The notes below the pieces were generated by a model. That model searched no databases, had not been told where the DNA came from, and saw only the letters and a list, made by a program, of their open reading frames with translations. This document shows, piece after piece, positions 21,261 through 31,088 of a stretch of DNA of 32,000 nucleotides. Both the position numbers and the translations under genes were made by a program. Position 1 is the stretch's first letter, and each line of letters opens with the position of its first letter. The stretch is from Methanopyrus kandleri AV19. GTDB taxonomy: Archaea > JAADCQ01 > Methanopyri > Methanopyrales > Methanopyraceae. The stretch is from contig NC_003551.1 of the NCBI RefSeq assembly GCF_000007185.1, forward strand, positions 210,001-242,000. The letters run 5' to 3'.

Positions 21261-22369
21261 GTAATCTCGACGAGCACGTCGGGCAAATCCTCTAACCGCT
21301 CCGGTCCGACCACTATCTCACACCCGGCGTGTAGTGATACCTCGAAGATCGTGACACCGTCGATGAACGATCCGAGCTCCACGGAGATCCGCGGTACGAT
21401 GGCCACGTCGAGATCCCGATGCTCGAGTTCGTGGAGGACGTCCTCACCCGTGAGCAGTCCGGCGCACCCGATGTTACCGCCGAAGTACCGATTCTCCACG
21501 ATTACGGGTTCCAGGACCTCACGCCCCAACTTCTCGTTCGTGGCCCGGCATAACTCCTCGATGACCGGTCCGAACATCTCGCCGGTGACCAGTCCTACCC
21601 TCGAGTCGACGCCGCCGAGGGCTTCGGCGCACCGTGACGCCAGGTCGTCAAGACCCTCTAGATGTTCCTCCAACGGAACCAGACTGTCGCAGGGGACCAC
21701 GTCGAGGTCCAACTCGCGATCCATCCGTCGGCAGATCTCCCACAGGAACCGCATCTCGTCGGGTGTGGGGGGCCGGATACCCTCCCGGTTGTACCTGGTG
21801 ACCCCGACCGGGATCACCACGCACTTATGGAGGCCCCACTCGTCGAGGTTCCGCAGGATTCTGGGCAGGGAGTTCAAATTGTAGTCGGGCACGGCCACGA
21901 CGTTGGCGACGGTATCGACCTCACGAGCAGCCTCTCGGACCAACTCCAACACGCGTGCGGCTTCGCGGACGCTCTCCCGGGTCAGCTTGGCGCGTTCCGA
22001 TGGATCGGTGGAGAGGAGGTGGAAGTCGAGCTGGTCGACGTACCGTAGGAGGATCCGGAGCTTCCGCCCGGTCAGGAATTTTCCGGAAGTTATCACCTTG
22101 AGCGGGAGGTTCTCTCGGCTCTCCACGAGCTCGCGCGCCCGGCGGACCACATCTTCCAACCGCGGGTGATTCACCAGCTCGGAAGGATACATGGATAGCT
22201 CGTCGATGACGAGATGACGTCGAGCATCCGGTGGGAGTTGAGTAGCGTAACAGTGCCGACAGGTCGGTGAGCATGGCGGTGTGGGATCGTCCGGCGGACC
22301 GTGAGACTCGATCAGCCAGGTCTCCTCTCCGTCGTAGTCCAGGTGTCGAGTCACCCACTCCGTACTCAC
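21242..22369 (-). CDS. Radical SAM protein (COG1625/DUF512-like)
   Basis: CSPTCRHCYA CX3CX2C cluster, LPLKVITSGKFLTGRK, VDQLDFHLLSTDP, NIGCAGLLTGEDV in the C-terminal half. Confidence 0.7.
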   Translation of the reverse strand: MSTEWVTRHLDYDGEETWLIESHGPPDDPTPPCSPTCRHCYATQLPPDARRHLVIDELSMYPSELVNHPRLEDVVRRARELVESRENLPLKVITSGKFLTGRKLRILLRYVDQLDFHLLSTDPSERAKLTRESVREAARVLELVREAAREVDTVANVVAVPDYNLNSLPRILRNLDEWGLHKCVVIPVGVTRYNREGIRPPTPDEMRFLWEICRRMDRELDLDVVPCDSLVPLEEHLEGLDDLASRCAEALGGVDSRVGLVTGEMFGPVIEELCRATNEKLGREVLEPVIVENRYFGGNIGCAGLLTGEDVLHELEHRDLDVAIVPRISVELGSFIDGVTIFEVSLHAGCEIVVGPERLEDLPDVLVEITHSVTV

Positions 22370-22647
22370 CCGGGCGATCCCCCTTCAGTACCACCGAGAC
22401 ACCACCGGCAGACTAACCAGAGGCCGTAGATCGCCTTCCGACCCTACCACTATCCGTGGCGCGTACTCCTTCGAAGTCGCCGGAGTCGCGGCTGGGAGTC
22501 GACGCCCATGCTGCAACCACGCACTCGGGGTAGTGAACGACTTGGCCCCGCGTGGCCGACGGAGGAACTGGACGCTACGTCATGCTACATTCCGTCGGTG
22601 AGTGAGTTATAGAAACGGTCTGGGACGCCCGTGAGACCGTGCCGGTA

Positions 22648-24678
22648 CTACACCCCACACTTCGGCTGCCGTCCTTCGACACCGTCGGGTAGTCCTTCCC
22701 TTTCCCGTAGCTTCTCCGCCAGCTGCAGTATTCCGAGCAAGTATCGCTCGATCAAGCTCTCGAACGTCACCACATCCTCCTTGGGCCAGGGGCAGCGGGG
22801 CAGCCGCAGGTTCCGCGGATTTTCCTTCCTGGCCAGTATGATGGCTTCCTCGACCGCGGACTCCCACTCCAGCAGGGGCATCACGGCCGGCGGTGACTCG
22901 TAAATCAGCAGGAAGGCCTCCCTGTCGGATTCCTCCGGAATCAACGATTCTACGGGCCGATGGACGTAATGGTTCAAGAGTGAGAGCGGCACCCCGTGCT
23001 TCAACTTCAGGGCGTAGTTGAGGGCGTGAACCGCGTGTTCGGCTGAATCAGCTCCGACCCTCCGCCTCAAATCCGGGTCCTCCAGGCGGATGTAGTACGC
23101 TTTCACGCGTATCGTGATGTCACCATGCTCCACCAGGATAGGTCGCTCGGGTTCGTCCGGGGGAGGTGAGAGCACCGTGTCCGTCCACCGGAGCTCGACG
23201 TACCCGATCCCGCACTCTTCCTCTCCTTCGGCGTAGACCTCGATCCTGGGGTAAGTCCACCAGCCTTCCTCGATAAGCTGTGCCACGGTGGGATCGTACT
23301 CCTCCGCGGGGACGGCCGGGATCATGAGGGTCTCCCGGTCAGGTGGCCCACTGACGACCCAGATCTCGCCGGCGGCCCTGAACGCGCATCCCGGAGCCCA
23401 GGCTCTGGGCACGTCTTCGGGGTCGACTTGGTCCCTGAGAACGGCCCGTGGGTTGTCCTCACGGACCACCCGGTACGCGTCCTTTTCCCCGTAGAACGAC
23501 TCGGTCGGGTTACTTTCCGGTGGTGCGGCCAGGTGAGACTGAGCGTAAGCTAATATGCGCTCGACCTTACCTTCCAAGTAGGCCTCGCGGAATCTCCTCG
23601 GAGTCCTGGTCACGAACGAGGTCCAAGGGTCGGCCGGGTAGATCACGGACTCAGCTTCCTGACCGCGCCTGCCGGCACGTCCTTCCCGCTGCCAGAAGTC
23701 GGAGACGCGGTCAGGAATTCCGTAGTGCACGACTCGAGTTACGGATCCCACATCGATGCCGACCTCGAGCGTCTTCACCGTGATCATCACGGAGGCACGA
23801 CCTCGCTTGAACTCCCGCTCGGCACGTCGGCGCTCGTCCCGGGGGAGCGCCCCGTGGTGTAGAGTGACGTATCCCTCGAGCCCGTACCGCCGGCATAGTA
23901 CCTGGTAAGCGTGCTCCGCCTGCGCCCGGGTTCGAAAGAATACCAGCGTTTTCGAGTCCTCCCGGACATATCGGGTGATGTCTTCCAGGAGGTCGGCCAT
24001 TTTGGCGGTATTCCGGACTACGAACTTACGGGGCGCCATCTTTCCCCTACCACGAACGTGCGTGCAGGTCTCACCGGTGGCTCGCTCGACCTCGCCGCAG
24101 AAGGAATCCGGGTGTCCCACGGTTCCGGACATGAACAGGTGTCGGCGATCCCGGAGTGCGCGAACGATCCCGAGTAACAGGTTCACCTGTCTGGGACCGT
24201 AGAAGTGGACCTCGTCCCACACGAGGCATCGTGCGACGTCGGTCAGGAACTCCCAGAACTGAAGCCCTCGACGGGCGTGGATCCAGATCATCTGTGGGTT
24301 GGTGACGACGATCTCGGCTTCCTGAATCCTGGCGCGCCAGCCCGGGTGGTCGCCGTCGGCGATCACCACGTCGTAACCGTACCGGATCATCCGTTCGGCC
24401 TGATCACGGGCGAGGGCCTTGGTCGGATACACGAAAACGGCGGGAAAGGTCCGTTCATGCTCTATCGCCGCGAGAGCCGCCTCGGTTTTTCCCGCACCCA
24501 TTCCCGCGGTCAGTAGGACGTGGCCGTTCTCGAACGCCTCGGCGGTCTCCACTTGATGTCTGTAGGCCTCCACGTCCGGGAGCCGTTTCGAGAACCTCGA
24601 AAGCGGGATTCCGGCACCTTCCGGTTCTTCACCCTCCCATTCGAGCTCCCACCGAGCCTCCATCGATCTCACACCCAT
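22648..24678 (-). CDS. Superfamily 2 DEAD/DEAH-type helicase
   Basis: Walker A LTAGMGAGKTEAALAAI, VFVYPTKALARDQ, WDEVHFYG, MSGTVG, VMITVKTLEVGIDV, YGIPDRVSDFWQREGRAGRRG. Confidence 0.88.
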   Translation of the reverse strand: MGVRSMEARWELEWEGEEPEGAGIPLSRFSKRLPDVEAYRHQVETAEAFENGHVLLTAGMGAGKTEAALAAIEHERTFPAVFVYPTKALARDQAERMIRYGYDVVIADGDHPGWRARIQEAEIVVTNPQMIWIHARRGLQFWEFLTDVARCLVWDEVHFYGPRQVNLLLGIVRALRDRRHLFMSGTVGHPDSFCGEVERATGETCTHVRGRGKMAPRKFVVRNTAKMADLLEDITRYVREDSKTLVFFRTRAQAEHAYQVLCRRYGLEGYVTLHHGALPRDERRRAEREFKRGRASVMITVKTLEVGIDVGSVTRVVHYGIPDRVSDFWQREGRAGRRGQEAESVIYPADPWTSFVTRTPRRFREAYLEGKVERILAYAQSHLAAPPESNPTESFYGEKDAYRVVREDNPRAVLRDQVDPEDVPRAWAPGCAFRAAGEIWVVSGPPDRETLMIPAVPAEEYDPTVAQLIEEGWWTYPRIEVYAEGEEECGIGYVELRWTDTVLSPPPDEPERPILVEHGDITIRVKAYYIRLEDPDLRRRVGADSAEHAVHALNYALKLKHGVPLSLLNHYVHRPVESLIPEESDREAFLLIYESPPAVMPLLEWESAVEEAIILARKENPRNLRLPRCPWPKEDVVTFESLIERYLLGILQLAEKLREREGLPDGVEGRQPKCGV

Positions 24679-24715
24679 AACCGGTCGGAAGGGACGTCCC
24701 TCGGGGGGTTAAAAG

Positions 24716-25990
24716 TTGGAAGGTAGGGTGCACCTGCACGTGCTGGTGAGAGCCCGAAAGGACGCGTCGGCCGTGGAATCGGCGCTGGAGCGGTATTACC
24801 CGGACTGGGAGTGGAAAGTGGAAACGCTCGGAGGTGAGCGCGATCCGTCGTGGATCGTCGGTTTGGCGCGTGAACGGTTCGAGGGTTCCGACGCACTGTG
24901 GAAGGTACTTCTTCTGGGCCGGCGTAGTTACCCCGGTCGCGGGCGCGTGGTCTGGATGGAGGGATGGTCGGCGGTGAACGTGGGCAAGGCGGAGGTCCGG
25001 AACGCCAGGCTGACCGAGATCGTGGACGGTATCGAGCTAGGACGTGCCGCCCCGCGCCTGAGCGTGGCTTTCAGACGGGTACCGGAGCTCCGGCGAGGGA
25101 GGTTACTGACCGAGAACCAGGACGCGGATACCATGCTCCGGTGGGGTAAATTCACCGAGACAATCGCCGAGCTGGCTGGGGAGGAGCTACCTCCCGGTGC
25201 GTACTTCTCACTCCGAAAGCCGGGGAACCCGCCGGAAGAAGTACTCTACGACGCCTCCGGTAAGCCGATCCTCAGGATCATCACGCCGGACGAAGGCGAA
25301 CCGAGCGTAAGCGTGCTCGGAGACGGGGAACCCTTCGATTCTAGGGCGTTCGTCCGTGAGAACCGTGAGACGCTGGAGAACCTGTTCGAGGACGCCGTGG
25401 ATTTTCTTGGAGGAGTGGCGGAGGAGTTCGATGTCCTGTTCGTGCCGGTCAGCGGAGGGAAGGACAGCACGTGCTGCTTAGCGATAGCCGTCGAGACGAC
25501 CGATCGCTTAGGGATCGACGTCGAAGCCGTGTACGTGGATACTGGATACGACCTGGGCAGAGACGTCGTCGAAGACGTCGGAGCGGCGTTGGGAGTCGAT
25601 ATCAAGCACGTAGACGTTTCCGATGCGTTTGAACGTGGGTTGAGGGAGCGGAAGCCCACCCATGAGAACCGATGGTGCACCGGTGTGAAGCTTTCCGGGA
25701 TCAAGAAAGTGCTGAAGGATTTGGAGGGAGATGTCCTGCTGGTCGTGGGAGATCGAGACGCGGAGAGCCGCAGGAGGAGATTGAGGCCGCCGGTCCACAG
25801 GAACCGGCTGCTCGACGTACCCGAAGTTAACCCTGTGAAAGGATGGGGAGGGGCCGAGGTGCTCGGGACGTTGTTCCGATTGGGCCTACCGGTGAGCGAA
25901 CTGTACGAGATCGGGTTCTATAGGTTGGGTTGCTCCGTGTGCCCTTCCCTCACGGCGTGGGAGAGAGCGCTCATGGAGCTCAGCCGATGA
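24716..25990 (+). CDS. PAPS-reductase-like PP-loop protein with novel N-terminal domain
   Basis: LFVPVSGGKDSTCCLAIAVETT...YVDTGYD...HENRWCTGVKLSGIKKVL...LLVVGDRDAESRRRR...GCSVCPS. TTG start at 24716 or GTG at 24728. Confidence 0.8.
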   Translation: MEGRVHLHVLVRARKDASAVESALERYYPDWEWKVETLGGERDPSWIVGLARERFEGSDALWKVLLLGRRSYPGRGRVVWMEGWSAVNVGKAEVRNARLTEIVDGIELGRAAPRLSVAFRRVPELRRGRLLTENQDADTMLRWGKFTETIAELAGEELPPGAYFSLRKPGNPPEEVLYDASGKPILRIITPDEGEPSVSVLGDGEPFDSRAFVRENRETLENLFEDAVDFLGGVAEEFDVLFVPVSGGKDSTCCLAIAVETTDRLGIDVEAVYVDTGYDLGRDVVEDVGAALGVDIKHVDVSDAFERGLRERKPTHENRWCTGVKLSGIKKVLKDLEGDVLLVVGDRDAESRRRRLRPPVHRNRLLDVPEVNPVKGWGGAEVLGTLFRLGLPVSELYEIGFYRLGCSVCPSLTAWERALMELSR

Positions 25991-26114
25991 TCCTAACTGT
26001 TGGCTTCATCGCAACTCTCAAGCGCGTCGGAACCGCAGTTTCCTACGGACTCGACGGCGCGCCCGCGGGAACAACGTTACGGTTATTTTAACGATTGCGT
26101 CCGGGGGTATCGGT

Positions 26115-26426
26115 TCACTTCATGATGATCTCCACGTGTACTTCCTCGGGAATGTGTATACGCATTAGCCGTCGGATCGTACGCTCATCGCCCTTAATAT
26201 CGATCAGCCGCTTGTGAATGCGCATCTCCCACTTGTCCCAGGTGGCCTTACCCTCACCGTCCGGAGACTTCCGTGTCGGAACCAGAAGTCGCTTAGTCGG
26301 CAGTGGAATAGGTCCGGACATCTGAGCACCGGTTTCCTCAACAACCTTCTTGATCCGCTCACAGACCTCCTCGAGTTTGTAGTGATCGGTACTCGACAGG
26401 CGCAGGCGTACTTCCTGGGCCATCAC
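26115..26426 (-). CDS. rpsJ: 30S ribosomal protein S10 (uS10)
   Basis: VRLRLSSTDHYKLEEVCERIKKVVEETGAQMSGPIPLPTKRLLVPTRKSPDGEGKATWDKWEMRIHKRLIDI. Confidence 0.96.
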   Translation of the reverse strand: MMAQEVRLRLSSTDHYKLEEVCERIKKVVEETGAQMSGPIPLPTKRLLVPTRKSPDGEGKATWDKWEMRIHKRLIDIKGDERTIRRLMRIHIPEEVHVEIIMK

Positions 26427-26466
26427 ACCACCTCCCGAAAGAGATTATCTCGAGGGGAAAGAGGGC

Positions 26467-27738
26467 TTACTCCTCCTTTTCGATCTTCACACACATTCCG
26501 GCGGCCACTGTCTGACCCATGTCTCTGATGGCGAACCGGCCCAGCTGTGGGATGAAGCTGACCTCCTCGATGACCATCGGCTTCGTCGGCCGGATGCGCA
26601 CCTTCGCGGCCTCTCCGGTCTTCAGGAAGTCCGGGTTCTCCTCGATCACCTCACCGGTAGCCGGGTCGATCTTTTCGATGAGCTCCTCGAACTTGCAGGC
26701 CACCTGGGCGGTGTGGCAGTGGAACACCGGCGTGTAACCTGCGGTGATCGCGCTCGGGTGCTGTAGGACCACGATCTGCGCGATGAAGGTGTCGTCCGGC
26801 GTGACCACGGTCGCCGGCTCGTCGGGGTGACAGGCTACGTCACCACGGCTGATGTCGTTCTTACCCACGCCCTTCACGTTGAAACCGATGTTGTCACCCG
26901 GCTCGGCGCGCTCGATCTCCTCGTGGTGCATCTCGATGCTCCTGACCTCACCCTCTCCCTTCCGGCCTCCGGTGGCCGTGTAGGCCGGCTCGAACCGGAC
27001 GGTGTCGCCCACCTCGAGTACTCCGGTCTCGACTCGGCCCACCGGCACGGTACCGACACCGGTGATCGAGTACACGTCCTGGATCGGGATCCGCAGCGGC
27101 TTGTCGGTCGGCTTCTCAGGCGGTTCTAGGTTGTCCAGAGCCTCCAGCAGAGTCGGACCGTCGTACCACGGCGTGTTGTCGCTCTTCTCGACCACGTTGT
27201 CGCCCTCGAAGGCGCTGATCGGGATGAACGGGATCTCGTCGACGTTGTAACCGATCGTCTTGAGGAGCTCGGCGACCTCCTGCTTGACCTCCTCGTACCT
27301 GTTCTCATCGTAGTCCACGAGGTCCATCTTGTTGATAGCCACGATGAGCTGGTCGATACCCAGCGTCTTGGCCAGGAACGCGTGCTCCTTGGTCTGCGGC
27401 ATCACACCGTCGTCCGCGGCCACTACCAGGATGGCGGCGTCGGCCTGGCTCGCACCGGTGATCATGTTCTTAACGAAGTCTCGATGACCTGGACAGTCCA
27501 CGATGGTGAACTCGTAGTTGTCGGTCTCGAACTTGGTGTGAGCTAGGTCGATCGTTACACCTCGCTCCCGCTCCTCCTCGAGCGTGTCCATGATGACTCT
27601 GAACTTGTCCTCTCCCTCACCCAGGTCCTTGTCCTCGATCACACCGGTGTCGTACAGCAATCGACCGACCAGGGTGGACTTACCGTGGTCTACGTGGCCG
27701 ATGAACGCGAGGTTAATGTGCTCCTTCTCCTTCGCCAC
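26467..27738 (-). CDS. tuf: Translation elongation factor 1-alpha
   Basis: [62 protein letters not shown]. Confidence 0.98.
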
Positions 27739-27786
27739 GGGAACCTCCCCCGGTTTCGGTTTTCGCGACGACCCGGCCGATCCCCG

Positions 27787-27798
27787 TTTTATAATATT
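27787..27798 (-). promoter_or_regulatory. Candidate archaeal TATA/box A for the EF-1alpha gene
   Basis: Minus strand AATATTATAAAA about 50 bp upstream of the start at 27738, in otherwise GC-rich DNA. Confidence 0.4.
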
Positions 27799-27820
27799 GT
27801 CGGTTATGGGAAAAGCTCGG

Positions 27821-28774
27821 TCATTCGACTTCCTCCAGCGAGACGGGTCGATCCTCCTTCACAGACTTGAGGGCCGCCACGGCCGTACGGAGGGCTTGAA
27901 GTCCCGCTTCGCCGTCGACGAGGGGATCTCGATTTTCTAATATGGATTCGGCGAAGTCCCGAAGCTCCAGTTTCAGAGGTTCTTCCTTCCGTATATTGAA
28001 CCGTTTAACACCCTCCCGATCCATCAACCGGAGCTCCTGTTCTATGTACTGAATCTCCAGGATAGCCTCCCGACCTGTCACCTCGAGCCTCCGTTCCTTG
28101 TGCGGGGTGAGCCAATTCACCTCTATCAGTCCGGTGGGATCTCCCTCGAACCGGAGCATAACCTCGGCGTAATCCTCCTGAGTTCGGGTGATGGCAGAAC
28201 CGGCCGCGGCGTACACCTCCTCCACCTCGGTTTCGGCCAGGTAGCGCATCACGTCGATGTCGTGCACGGCGAGGTCCACGATGACACCCACGTCCCGGAT
28301 CCTGGGTGGATACGGCCCGACCCGCTTAGCCGACATGACTACGATATCGCCCAAGTCACCCCTTGAGACGACTTCCTTAGCCTTCATCACGCTCGGGTTG
28401 AACCGCTCGATGTGGCCGACCGCGAGCTTCAACCCGTGGTCCTCCGCGGCGTCGATGATGCGTCTGGCGTTCTCGATCGTATCGGCGATCGGTTTCTCGA
28501 CGAGAACATGCACACCCGCTTCCAACGCGTCAACGGCGATATCCGCGTGGTACTTCGTCGGGACGCAGATGCTGACGCCGTCTAGGTCTTCCTCCTGAAG
28601 CATCTTCCGATGGTCGGTGTACCAGTTGACGTCGTACTTCTTGGCGACCTCCTTGACCCTGCGCTCGTTGACGTCACAGACCGCCACCAGCTCCGTCTCT
28701 TCGAGCTCGTGGTACACCCGGGCGTGGTGTGATCCCATCATGCCGACGCCGATAACACCGGCACGTACGGTCAA
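27821..28774 (-). CDS. Gfo/Idh/MocA family NAD(P)-dependent oxidoreductase
   Basis: [21 protein letters not shown] Rossmann motif, [10 protein letters not shown] (EKP), [20 protein letters not shown]. Start placed at TTG 28774; ATG 28843 is an alternative. The track start 28936 lies inside the SECIS hairpin. Confidence 0.85.
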   Translation of the reverse strand: MTVRAGVIGVGMMGSHHARVYHELEETELVAVCDVNERRVKEVAKKYDVNWYTDHRKMLQEEDLDGVSICVPTKYHADIAVDALEAGVHVLVEKPIADTIENARRIIDAAEDHGLKLAVGHIERFNPSVMKAKEVVSRGDLGDIVVMSAKRVGPYPPRIRDVGVIVDLAVHDIDVMRYLAETEVEEVYAAAGSAITRTQEDYAEVMLRFEGDPTGLIEVNWLTPHKERRLEVTGREAILEIQYIEQELRLMDREGVKRFNIRKEEPLKLELRDFAESILENRDPLVDGEAGLQALRTAVAALKSVKEDRPVSLEEVE

Positions 28775-28849
28775 GTGGCGGCACCCCCTGTCGGAGCGTC
28801 GGCGTGTCGGTCCTCGGGAAGCGTTAAAACTCGGCGGTCCCATGCCGTA

Positions 28850-28874
28850 AATTGTTACGAATATCATAACGATT
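28850..28874. promoter_or_regulatory. Imperfect palindrome, candidate operator (copy 2)
   Basis: aattGTTACGAATATCATAACgatt, 24/25 identical to 6569-6593. Confidence 0.55.
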
Positions 28875-28896
28875 CGCGCCGGGCGTGGGCCCCATC

Positions 28897-28932
28897 CCCC
28901 ACCCCCTGGGCTTTCGCCCTTCGGGGGCGGGG
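28897..28932 (-). promoter_or_regulatory. Archaeal SECIS element in the hdrA 3' UTR
   Basis: Minus strand CCCCGCCCCC-GAA-GGGC-GAAA-GCCC-A-GGGGGTGGGG: 10-bp lower stem (one G-U), GAA/A internal loop, 4-bp GC upper stem, 4-nt apical loop, starting 32 nt after the hdrA stop. Confidence 0.9.
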
Positions 28933-28964
28933 TCATCGGGGACTCGTGATCTTGAGGCCTTCCG

Positions 28965-30974
28965 TTACTCCTCCTCTTCCTCCTCGAGTGCTTCCGCCAG
29001 CAGCGCCTCGATCTGTGGCATCAGCTGCTCGTCCCGGTAGTAGCGTAGCTGCATTGCACCGCTCGGGCACGCGGCGGCGCACTGTCCGCAGCCCTGGCAG
29101 GCCACGTCCTGCACCTCGGCGACCCTCTTACCGTCCTTCTCCACCATTTCGATGGCGTCGAACGGACACACCTGCGCGCACGCTCCGCAGCCGCCGCAGA
29201 CGTCCTCGTCCACGGTCGCGGTGATCAGCTCGATCTCGACCTTACCCTGGGACATCGGGATGCTGGCCTCGCTGGCGGCACCCTTCGCCTGGGCCACAGT
29301 GTCCGGGATGTCCTTCGGACCCTGAGCTACACCGGCGATCTGGACGCCGCGGACCTTCGTGCTGACCGGCTCTAGCTTCGGGTGTAGCTCCTTGAAGAAC
29401 CCGTCCGGCGACCTGTCGATGCCCAGGATGTCGGCGAGCTTGGAGTACGTCTCCTCCGGCGCCACTAGACCGCAGCCCAGCACCACGAGGTCCGCCTCGA
29501 TCTCCATCGGCTCGCCGGTGAGCGTGTCCTCGACGCGCACGATGAGGTTCTTGGTCTCCGGGTCTTCGACGATCTCGGCCGGTCTACCTCGGATGAAGCG
29601 CACACCGAACTGCTTCTGGGCACGCTCGTAGTACTCCTCGTAACCCTTACCGAACGCCCGCACGTCCATGTAGCAGCAGTAGACCTCCGCGTCCGGCTCG
29701 TGCTGCTTGATCAGCTGCGCGTTCTTGAGGATGAACATACAGCAGATCCTGCTGCAGTACGCCTCACCCTTCTCCTCCTTGCCCGGGCACCGCGATCCGA
29801 CACAGTGGATGAACACGATCCTGTGCGGCTCCTTGCCGTCGCTCGGTCGGATCACGTGACCCTCCGTCGGACCGGCGGGGTTGATCATCCGCTCCAGCTC
29901 CAGCGTGGTGATCACGTTGTCGTACTTACCGTAGCCGTACTCCTCGAGCTTGCTCGCGTCGAACTCCTCGTAACCGGTCGCCACGATGATCGTGCCGACC
30001 TTCAGCCTGATTTCCTCCGGCTCCTGGTCGAAGTCTATCGCCGGCGGGTCCTGTGGGCACGCCTCCTCGCACAGGCCGCACTGGATGCAGTGCTCCATGT
30101 CGATCGTGTACACCAACGGCATCGCCTGCGGGAACGGCACGTAGATCGCCTTCCTGGTGCCGATTCCCAGATCGAACTCGTTGGGCACCTCGATCGGACA
30201 GACCTCGGCGCAGACTCCGCAGCCCGTGCACGCGTCCTCGTCCACGTACCGCGGCTTCTTCTCGATCGTTACCTCGAAGTTACCGATGTAGCCGTCCACG
30301 TCCTTGACCTCGGCGTAAGTGATCATCTCGATGTTCGGGTGGTTACCCACCTGCACCATCTTCGGAGCCAGGATTCACATGGCGCAGTCGTCGGTCGGGA
30401 ACGTCTTCGCCAGCCGTGCCATGTTGCCTCCGATCGTCGGCTCCTTCTCCACCAGGTACACCTTGAAGCCCTGATCCGCGAGGTCCAGGGCCGCCTGGAT
30501 CCCGGCGATACCACCACCGATGATGAGAACGCTGTTCTCGACCTCCACCTCCTTCGTCGGCACGTCCTCGAGCCGCTTAGCACGCTCCACTGCCGCCCGA
30601 ATTAGGTCCTTGGCCTTCTCCGTGGCCTTCTCCGGCTCCTGCATGTGCACGAACGAGCAGTGCTCTCGGATGTTTACCATCTCCATGTAGTATGGCGACA
30701 ATCCGGCCTCCTTGACGCAGTTCCTGAACGTGTTCTCGTGGATCTTCGGCGTACAAGCTGCCACGACTACTCGGTCGAGGTCGTGTTCCTTGATGGCTTC
30801 CTGGATGATCTCCTGACCCGGATCGGCGCAGAAGAACGGGTAATCCGTCGCGTACACGACGCCGGGCAGTTTCTTGGCGTACTCAACGACCTCTTCGACG
30901 TCGACGGACGCCTTGATGTTCACACCGCAGTGGCACACGAACACGCCTATCCTGACGTCGTCCTTGTCGCCCAC
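28965..30974 (-). CDS. hdrA: Heterodisulfide reductase subunit A, selenocysteine-containing (TGA at 30377..30375 read as Sec)
   Basis: 30375..30974 ([14 protein letters not shown]...[15 protein letters not shown]...FPTDDCAM) and 28965..30359 are in the same frame, joined by TGA-ILAPK. Four CxxCxxCxxxCP 4Fe-4S motifs in the second part; downstream SECIS. Confidence 0.95.
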
Positions 30975-31088
30975 TGGTTCTCACCCCCTATGCCGTTGTG
31001 GCCACGCCCGGTCACACGATGTCCGAGTTATAAGCGTTGGGATATTGGAGGCGGAAATCGGGGAGATTGGAGGGGAGACACAAGGGCG

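Noticed and set aside
22370-22647. 278-bp intergenic gap as a possible ncRNA or tRNA gene
   Set aside because: No tRNA cloverleaf, C/D box pair or strong hairpin could be supported by eye.
27821-28936. ORF-track start at 28936 for the Gfo/Idh/MocA protein (MTPPPKGESPGGGGWGPRPARIVMIFVTI...)
   Set aside because: The extra N-terminus is a translation of the hdrA SECIS hairpin and the palindrome. The Rossmann motif begins near 28774.
29700-30605. 301-aa plus-strand ORF opposite hdrA
   Set aside because: Antisense to hdrA, with low-complexity His/Arg/Leu composition typical of antisense frames in GC-rich genes.
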